The notes beneath the pieces were generated by a model. It was not told the origin of the DNA, did not search any database, and worked only from the letters and a program-made list of their open reading frames with translations. DNA of 64,000 nucleotides from Podarcis bocagei (lineage: Eukaryota). A program made the position numbers and the translations under genes. This document shows positions 55,334 through 64,000 of the stretch, in pieces (position 1 is the first letter of the stretch; every line of letters begins with the position of its first letter). The stretch lies in assembly GCA_964188305.1 (NCBI GenBank), contig OZ076888.1; one strand, 5' to 3'.

Positions 55334-55642
55334 AGGTAAAAGTAAAGGGACACCTGACCCAGTCGTGACCAACTCTAGGGTTGTGGCGCTCCTCTCGCTT
55401 TATTGGCCGAGGGAACTGGCGTACAGCTTCCTGGTCATGTGGCCAGCATGACTAAGCCGCTTCTGGTGAACCAGAGCAGCTCATGGAAATGCCGTTTGCC
55501 TTCCCGCCAGAGCGGTACCTATTTATCTACTTGCACTTTGACATGCTTTTGAACTGCTAGGTTGGCAGGAGCTGGGACCGAACAATGGGAGCTCACCCCG
55601 TCACAGGGATTCGAACCGCCGACCTTCTGATCGGCAAGTCCT
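55334..55642 (-). mobile_element. Sauria SINE lacking its 5' ~35 nt
   Basis: Matches the other copies. Confidence 0.9.
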
Positions 55643-56401
55643 TTAATTCCTGTGCTTCGGATGAGGTATGGATACCCGGGTGAGATTTTAGTGAAGCCAG
55701 AGCCGTGGGATGTTTCAATGGGATTCTAGAGATCTAGCAACATGCACAGTTGGGTGTGCAAATGTTACTTTCTGCGACTTCTGGGATAATGATGCTTTGC
55801 ATTAAAGTTTGAGAATTCAGTGAGGTAACAATCATTTTGCTTTCTGTCACATCTTACTGGACTGCAGCACCCATCATCCCTGACTATTCGCCATGCTGGC
55901 TGAAGCTGATGGCAGTTGGAGTCCAGCAACCTCTACAAGGCCAGTGGTTGCTTAGCTGATCAACTGATGATGACCGCAGCCATATTTATTTTGAGGCTGT
56001 TTTGTTTCTGGTGTATTAATGTGAAGGGGATTGGTTTTTTATTGTTGCATCATAAGTTAAATCAACAAAGAGCATAGAACCTTAAAGATGAACACATTTA
56101 TTATGGTTTAAAATTTTTATAGGCTAGATTCCAATTATCAGATGCATGAAATCCCAGGTGACAGATGTATGTATGTGAGATACACACCTCCACCATCAGA
56201 GCAATGTAGGTCAGCAGGTCGTCTCATCTGATTAGCCACAGGGAGAACAGGATAATGGACTATATGGACCACTGGTCTGATCCAGCAAGTTCTCATGTCA
56301 CACAGAAAAATATGAAGGTAGAGTAATAAATGTAAACCGCGAGGTCAGGTGGAAGGAAATTGGGGGGTGGGGAAAACTGCCTATGACAATTTTATTACCA
56401 T

Positions 56402-56713
56402 AAAGGTAAAGGGACCCCTGACCATTAGGTCCTGTCGTGGCCGACTCGGGTTGCGGTGCTCATCTCACTTTATTGGCTGAGGGAGCCAGCGTACAGCTTC
56501 CGGGTCATGTGGCCAGCATGACTAAGCCGCTTCTGGCGAACCAGAGCAGCGCACGGAAACGCCTTTTACCTTCCCGTCGGAGTGGTACCTATTTATCTAC
56601 TTGCACTTTGACATGCTTTCAAACTGCTAGGTTGGCAGGAGCTGGGACTGAACAACGGGAGCTCACCCCGTCGCAGGGATTCAAACCGCCAACCTTCTGA
56701 TCGGCAAGCCCTA
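56402..56713 (-). mobile_element. Sauria SINE lacking its 5' ~35 nt
   Basis: Matches the other copies. Confidence 0.9.
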
Positions 56714-57048
56714 AGGTATGCTAAAAGATTTTGGTTTTGCTGCAACAACGTTTCACAGTGACCGTCAGGAAATTGTCATATGTTACATTTCTTTCAATTT
56801 TTTAAAAGCATTTTTTGTGGACAAATAAATGCAAATCATTGGTAAAAGGTAGGTAACTAATCAACAAAACATTCTTTACTTGATTAACAGAGTTACTTTT
56901 AAAATAAAATAAAAAACACTCTGGAACTGTACTCTGTGCTTGCCACAAAGAACAGGAAACATGAGGGGCAGATAAAATGTGAATAAACTGCATGTGTGGT
57001 TTGTTTTGCCTTTTAGTCGAAACCAGCGGGAGGCTGCAAGTTTAAGTA

Positions 57049-57397
57049 AGGTAAAGGGACCCCTGACCATTAGGTCCACTCGTGACCAACTCTGGGGTTG
57101 TGGCGCTCATCTCGCTTTATTGGCCGAGGGAGCCGGCGTACAGCTTCCGGGTCATGTGGCCAGCATGACTAAGCCGCTTCTGGTGAACCAGAGCAGCGCA
57201 CGGAAATGATGTTTACCTTCCCGCCAGAGCAGTACCTATTTATCTACTTGCACTGTGACATGCTTTCGAACTGCTAGGTTGGCAGGAGCAGGGACCGAGC
57301 AACGGGAGCTCACCCCATCACAGGGATTCGAAACGCCGACCTTCCAATCGGCAAGTCCTAGGCTCTGTGGTTTAACCCACAGCGCCACCCACATCCC
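57049..57397 (-). mobile_element. Sauria SINE, full length
   Basis: TSD-like GTTTAAGTA on both sides. Confidence 0.92.
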
Positions 57398-57842
57398 ACA
57401 GGTTTAAGTAGAGGACATCAAAAGGAAGGCCTACTTAAACATTCCCGCCCCCCACCCCAATAAAAAGCACAAACATCCTGAGCTGCTCTCCTCCAAATGG
57501 GCAGAAAAGGTATGAGCTCTATGACAACATCTTTCAGACAGGTTCATCCAATACATAATGGCTATTTGCCCTAACTATTTTGAAACAGTACTCATATCTT
57601 TCTGCTATTCCCCAACAGAGTACACATGGGAGAGGCAGGAAGAAGATAGTATAAGTGTTTAGGAATTCCCAATTAAGCAATTTAGTACTTACATTACCAT
57701 TGATATATTTGAACTTGTGTAGTTTGTAATCCTATCCTCTAGGTGTCTTCAGTGACCAGCATTCCTTAAAAGAAAAAATGTATGAAATAATGACTATTGT
57801 AACTGCAAGCTATGTTCCAATTGGTATGAAAAAGTTTTCATT

Positions 57843-59145
57843 TGGACCATTTGGATCCCTTCCAATCGGGATTCAGGCTTCACCATGGGACTGAAACTGC
57901 CTTGATCGCGCTGGTTAATGATCTCCAGCGGGCTACGGACAAAGGTGAGAGCTGTTTCCTAGTTCTTCTGGGTCTCTCAGCGGCCTTTGACACCATCGAC
58001 CATAACATCCTTCTGGACCATCTAGAGGGGCTGGAAGCTGGGGGCACTATATACAGTGGTTCCACTCCTTTCTCCTGGGCCGTGTCCAGAAAGTGGTGTT
58101 GGGGGATGAGTGTTCAGACCCCTGGGCTCTCACTTGTGGGGTGCCTCAGGGTTCCGTCCTCTCCCCCATGCTTTTTAATATCTATATGAAGCCACTGGGA
58201 GAGATCATCAGGGGGTTTGTGCTGGGTGTTCATAAGTATGCAGATGACACCCAGCTCTACCTCTCCTTTAAATCGGAACCAGTGAAGGCAGTGAAGGTCC
58301 TGTGTGAATGCCTGGAGGCTTTTGGAGGATGGACGGCGGCTAACAGATTGAGGTTGAATCCTGACAAGACAGAAGTACTGTTTGGGGGGGACGGGGCGGG
58401 CGGGTGTGGGGGATTCCCTGGTCCTGAATGGGGTAACTGTGCCCCTGAAGGACCAGGTGCGCAGCCTGGGAGTCATTTTGGACTCACAGCTGTCCATGGA
58501 GGCGTAGGTTAATTCTGTGTCCAAGGCGGCTGTCTACCAGCTCCACCTGGTACGCAGGCTAAGACCCTACCTGCCCGTAGACTGTCTCGCCAGAGTGGTG
58601 CATGCTCTAGTTATCTCCTGCTTGGACTACTGCAATGCGCTCTACGTGGGGCTACCTTTGAAAGTGACCCGGAAACTGCAATTAATCCAGAATGCGGCAG
58701 CTAGACTGGTGACTGGGAATGGCCACCGGGACCACATAACACCGGTCCTGAGATATCTGCATTGGCTCCCAGTACGTTTCCGAGCACAATTCAGAAGTGT
58801 TGGTGCTGACCTTTAAAGCCCTAAACGGCCTCGGTCCTGTATACCTGAAGGAGCGTCTCCACCCCCATCGTTCAGCCCGGACACTGAGATCCAGCGCCGA
58901 GGGCCTTCTGGCGGTTCCCTCATTGCGAGAAGCCAAGTTACAGGGAACCAGGCAGAGGGCCTTCTCAGTAGTGGTGCCCACCCTGTGGAACACCCTCCCT
59001 TCAGATGTGAAGGAAATAAGCAGCTATCCTATCTTTAAACGACATCTGAAGGCAGCCCTGTTTAGGGAAGTTTTTAATATTTAATGCTGTACTGTTTTTA
59101 ACACTCAGCCAGATGGGCGGGGTATAAATAATAAATTATTATTAT
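57843..59145 (+). mobile_element. L2-clade LINE, 5'-truncated, frameshifted RT
   Basis: LDPFQSGFR..HGTETAL, LSAAFDTIDH, GVPQGSVLSPMLFNIY, YADDTQLY, LDYCNALY, LQLIQNAAARL, HITPVL..LHWLP across several frames; (ATT)n tail. Confidence 0.93.
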
Positions 59146-59634
59146 GCTTAAATGTTCTAAAACAGTCCACAATTCTGCTTTAACTACACATAATGTTGTA
59201 TGGGTTACTTGAATCACCACTCTGCTGTGGTTCCAATGAAAAAATGACCTTTGGCTTCATTTTTTTTAGTTGGGGGCTGAATAAATTTCGAGTGCATTAT
59301 TTCCATGTCAGTTACTTATGTGCGTATACATGCAAATAATTGCACTGCATGTTTAACTTGTTTATAAAGCAAGTCCCCCTTGAATTCAGTGAGACTTATG
59401 CCCAGGTAAATGGGGATTGAAGCCATATTATTTATCCATTATTCCTTACATAATATTAATTAGCTTCTTAATCATATCCTGAATTATTTCCCTGTAGCTT
59501 GTCCTTTCTCAGCACTTGAATTATAACCTGTCTTGAACTGATCCGACATTTGTGGTGAGCATGTACATTAAGTAAGGAGTTCACTGAAATGATTCCTAGG
59601 TTAGTGGAGGGCAAACAGTCGGAACAGCACTTCA

Positions 59635-60250
59635 ATATAATGAACTGAAAAAGGTATTTAAATATGCCTTCTTGAAGAAACCAGAGGCTTTTCTCCTGGG
59701 CATTGTCGGCCAATTGGTGCCAAAGAAGGACAGAACTTTTTTTATGTATGCTACAACAGCAGCAAGAATACTCGTTGCAAAGTATTGGAAGACACAAGAT
59801 TTACCCACTCTGGAAGAATGGCAGATGAAGGTGATTGATCACATGGAATTGGCAGAAATGACTGGCAGAATTCGAGACCAAGGAGAAGAGTCGGTGGAAG
59901 AAGACTGGAAGAAATTTAAAGACTATTTACAGAAATATTGTAAAATTAATGAATGCTAGAAGGATGTTGGATAGAAACTAAGTGGTTTCCAGCTGTAATG
60001 CTTTAAGAGATAGGAAAAAAGGTTTACAAAAGGGTAAAAGCTTAATGGTAAGGATTTGCTGAACTAACAAACTTGAAGTGGAATACAAAAAAGGGAGGTA
60101 CAAGGAGGTCCAGGGAAATAAGTGTAAGGAAGATATGTTATGGAAAATCAATGTGTTTTTTAACTGTTTTTATTTTGTATGTTTCTTTTTATTTTTCATT
60201 TTTACTGTTATACTTTAAAAACTTTAATAAATATCTTTTTTTAAAAAAAG
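59635..60250 (+). mobile_element. L1 3' fragment (~615 bp)
   Basis: [15 protein letters not shown]...[13 protein letters not shown]...NEC*; perfect 19-bp TSD CAGTCGGAACAGCACTTCA (59616-34, 60251-69). Confidence 0.93.
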
Positions 60251-60591
60251 CAGTCGGAACAGCACTTCATCTTACTGATTTATTTAAATGTATGTTTATA
60301 CTGCGATGTACAAAGCATTAAAAACAAGGAATTCAGTAAACACGGCTCCAAGATCAAAACAATAGATAAAGCCTGAAAACAGACTAAAATTATTACCTTC
60401 CCTAGATAAATAAGCATAATTTGGGCCTGGCAGCTAATATTGATGACAGGCAAGTCACCAATAGGACATTCCATAGCTGGGCACTACAGTAAAAAAAACC
60501 CTCAACCACGTTGATGTCACCTTATCCCAAAAGGGAGGTGCACAAAGAGAAGAGCTTTGGTAGATTTTTATTATTATTATTCCCCCCCCCC

Positions 60592-61515
60592 AAAAAAAAA
60601 AATATTAGTGATTTTTCACAAAATTGTAAACACACAAACAAACAAACATAAATCATAACCTTATTAAGACTAATCTTATTAACATTGTTATGTGACTTCT
60701 TCGTATCCCCCTGGTTGAATTTCAGTGTATATCATTTTAACGGTTTTCCAAAATCAGTATTCTTATAAAATTAACTTACTTAACATCTTTCTTTCTAATT
60801 CAGCATTAAACATATTAATTCATCACATTACATATTTAAGTCCTAAGCCTATCTGGTGTTTGCAAGCTTTTCCAATTAGTTTAACTTAACATATTTAACT
60901 AAATGCAGTGGTGCCTCGCAAGACGAAATTAATTCGTTCCGCGAATTTTGTCATCTTGCAATTTTTTTCGTCTTGCGAAGCATGGTGTCGGGGAAATTTT
61001 GGAAAAGCTTCAAAAATCACCAAAGTCTTTAAAAACCTCAAAAAAGGCTACCACACCGTGTTCTATGAGTTGCTCCTCGAAGTCAAGTCGCAACTGTATT
61101 AACGGTGTTAAGAAAAAGGAAACAAACTTGCAAGACGTTTCCGTCTTGCAAAGCAAGCCCATAGGGAAAATCGTCTTGCGAAGCAGCTCAAAAAACCAAA
61201 AACCCTTTCGTCTAGCGAGTTTTTTGTCTTGCAAGGCATTCGTCTTGCGAGGTACCACTGTAGTCTTTAAATTTTGTCCATTCTTCCTGGTACTCCTCCT
61301 CCTTCTGGTCACGGACTCTTCCAGTCAGGTCAGCTAGCTCCGAAAAATCCATCATCTTCATCTGCCTGTCTTCCACTGTTGGTACTTCTTGTGTTTTCCA
61401 GTTCTTGGCTAATAAAAGTCGAGCAGCAGTTGTGGCATACACAAATATGCCATCCAAACACATTATCAGATCCCTCTAAATCTAAAACATCAGTATCTTC
61501 CAGTTGTACTTCGGT
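60592..61515 (-). mobile_element. Older L1 3' fragment, internally deleted and interrupted by a mariner MITE
   Basis: Minus strand LEDTDVLDLEGSDNVFGWH joined to FVYATTAARLLLAKNWKTQ...EWTKFKDY; boundaries approximate. Confidence 0.8.
60906..61260. mobile_element. Tc1/mariner MITE (same TIRs as 37151 and 48021)
   Basis: TIRs CAGTGGTGCCTCGCAAGACGAA / TTCGTCTTGCGAGGTACCACTG; TG and TA flanks. Confidence 0.9.
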
Positions 61516-61667
61516 AGATTATTTTAGACAAGAGCCTAGGTTCGAATTTACAGCATGTTAGCATCCCACATTAATAGTTAAAGGTGTGTTTCCATCAGCT
61601 GTCTTGCATCATTTCTAACACTGAAGGGGTGGTTCGATTTTCTACTCTCTCTCTCTTGAGTACGAAA

Positions 61668-61705
61668 GGAAAAGAAAAGAAAAGAAAAGAAAAGAAAAGA
61701 AAAGA
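61668..61705. repeat. (AAAAG)n microsatellite
   Basis: Directly visible. Confidence 0.9.
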
Positions 61706-63164
61706 AGGAGTTAGATGGCAAGATACAAGCATTGCGAACTGTTCACATGCTTGGGTCTCTGGTTGTTTGCTTTGAGGTACCAGGAATTTTAATGTATCCT
61801 AGGGATTATAAAGAGGTAGTGCTTCCTTGTTATTAGCTCTGACACCAACAACATTTTGAAATAAACTGATGTCTCATCTTGCAAATACTTCAGTTTCCTC
61901 CTTTTTCTCATTCAACATAAAATAGATAATAGTAACACATCATACTCAAGTTTGAGTTTAGTAGAAAGGAAAACAGGCATGAGGGAACTTCATTATGGCC
62001 CCTTGATTTTTTTTTTAAGGAAATCAGTAGAGCTCTATTCATGTAAAACATGTAAATTACACAAACATTTGAGTTCAAATTCACTAGCTTGGAATTTGTA
62101 ACTTGACAATTTAAAATAATCAGTTAGCATACTTTATTATTTATTTATTGGGTACATGTACTGCCTTTGTGCCAAGACACCCAAGGTGGTTTGCCATTTT
62201 AAAATACTAAAACAAATATATGAAATAAAATTTATGGTTGACCCTGTGACAGGAGAGGGGAAAGTCCAACTGAGGTAGCCCCTGATGTTGTCTTTGCCTG
62301 TCTCCCTTTTGCTCTTCTTTTCCCCCAAATTCAAATTTCATAGTGAACCATGGGTTTGGAGCCTTAGAACCTTATTTTTGCATCCAAAACTTCAGTTTCG
62401 TGAATTTTTTGGTTGCTTGCAGATATGTGGGGAAAATAATTCTTGCAAGTCTCCTGGTGAAAGCTTCAACACTTCAAATCATGTATATATTGCAGCCCAT
62501 ATAACTTCCCTGCTTGAAGCTGCCCTACATTTCCTTGACAAGCTTAGAAGTGATCACAGTTTTCTCTTTGTCTCTTCAGTATGCAGCTTGAAGCATACAT
62601 TTGGGCTCTGCACATTAAGTTTTTTTAACATGCTGTTTGGTTGCTCGATTTTTCCTAAGGTGCATTGACTCAGGTATTCTTTGAAAAAGGGCTGCATTTC
62701 ACTTATACCGCTACATACGGTATTTTACTGCCTGATATCTGACCCACTCTACTAATTAAGCAGCATCTTTTGATTATCCATAACCATGATGCACTTAGTA
62801 ATACAGCTGCAGACTGATGAATTCTAGTTAAATTCTACGTAGGTTGGGTTGTTAGATACAATGGCAGTCAAATTGCTACTATCAAGCAGCTTACATTTCT
62901 TTCAGCTTTATTAGCTTCCTTCCGCTCTTCGCTGACTGAATTGCATTTTTGAGATTGTTCTGGTATATACAGATGACCTTGTTGCAAATCCAAAAGTGTA
63001 TTGATTCATGGTTTGAAGTATCTGGGTTTGAAGCAGACAAAGCAGTCCATCTGGGAACAAATTACTATATTAAAAGGGGTAAATTTATTAGAAATAACAC
63101 AGATGTTCTTTGGGCTTTTCCCTTTCCTTGAACTCGTACAAAAAAATTCCAAACAGGTAGTCGT

Positions 63165-63384
63165 GAGACTTGAAGTTAACAGGGAACCAGGCAGAGGACC
63201 TTCTCAGTAGTGGCACCCATCCTGTGGAATGTCCTGCCATCAGATGTCAAGGAGGTAAATAACTACAACTTTTAGAAGACATCTGAAGGCAGCCCTATGT
63301 AGGGAAGTTTTTCATGTTTTATTATGCTTTTATATTTGTTGGAAGCCGCCCAGAGTGGTTAGGGCAACCCAGTCAGATGTGCTG

Positions 63385-63424
<40 letters not shown>
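63165..63424 (+). mobile_element. L2 3' fragment with (TTA)n tail
   Basis: Similar to 58925-59145 (CAGGGAACCAGGCAGAGG..CCTTCTCAGTAGTGG). Confidence 0.85.
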
Positions 63425-64000
63425 GTCTGGTATAGCAAGAACATTTTAAAAATGAAGGTTTGCTATGGCATTAATGATTGTGGACTAGAGCGCACTTAAT
63501 CAGATTTGAAGTGATTTTGAGAACTTGTAGCTTGGTCCATATGTATGTGGAGTTTTTGTAAAAGGCAAAAAATGTATACGATCTGAAGAGAAACCAGAGT
63601 ATCAAGTTTTTGGATAAGTGACACAACACTGGCTGTTTAGTTGACCATTCATTTCAATTTGTTTCTGGGCAGGTTCAATGATGCCTCAAAGTAAGTGTGA
63701 TCCCACACTTTCCAGTCACTTTCTTAATTGCAAAAATCCTTTTGGGGAATGGGCTAGTTATGCAAGGCCTCTCAATCAACAATAATTGCACAGCCTGAAT
63801 TTGCTGATATGTGACTGAATCCCACCCCAAAATAGCAGCAGTCTAGAAGCACCCTCAGCATGGATTTTTCCTATGAGATGATTGCAGAAGTCACCCGGGG
63901 GGGGGGGTGGAGTGAAAGCAGTCATCTGAATCAGGCTTTCATCCAGTTAAATTATTTTTCTTCTGGTACACAGTGGTATTTGGGAAATTAAATATAAACC

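Overview
Vertebrate nuclear DNA from a squamate, probably a lacertid lizard (inferred from the repeat content: Sauria SINEs, a tRNA-Lys/CR1-tail SINE, CR1, L2, L1, hAT and Tc/mariner MITEs). It carries two convergent genes in the same tail-to-tail arrangement as human 10q21. JMJD1C is on the + strand: 23 coding exons at 2699-35665, equivalent to human exons 4-26, 7128 nt in frame, with its 5' end upstream of the window. NRBF2 is on the - strand and complete: 4 exons at 54501-46378, 286 aa, with a CpG-island promoter. Main observations: (1) a very young, sense-oriented, 5'-truncated L1 in JMJD1C intron 14 has an uninterrupted ORF2 that is in frame with a host ATG and with a candidate splice acceptor in the phase of exon 14, so a JMJD1C-reverse transcriptase fusion or premature polyadenylation is possible; (2) an intron-less CREBBP KIX-domain retrocopy fragment lies at the window start; (3) a hAT MITE appears to supply a branch point for exon 14; (4) inverted Penelope-like termini carry decayed hammerhead ribozyme cores; (5) intron 4 contains a candidate poison exon; (6) the NRBF2 start codon is duplicated. 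All functional claims are untested inferences. There is one 148-N assembly gap in the JMJD1C 3' region.
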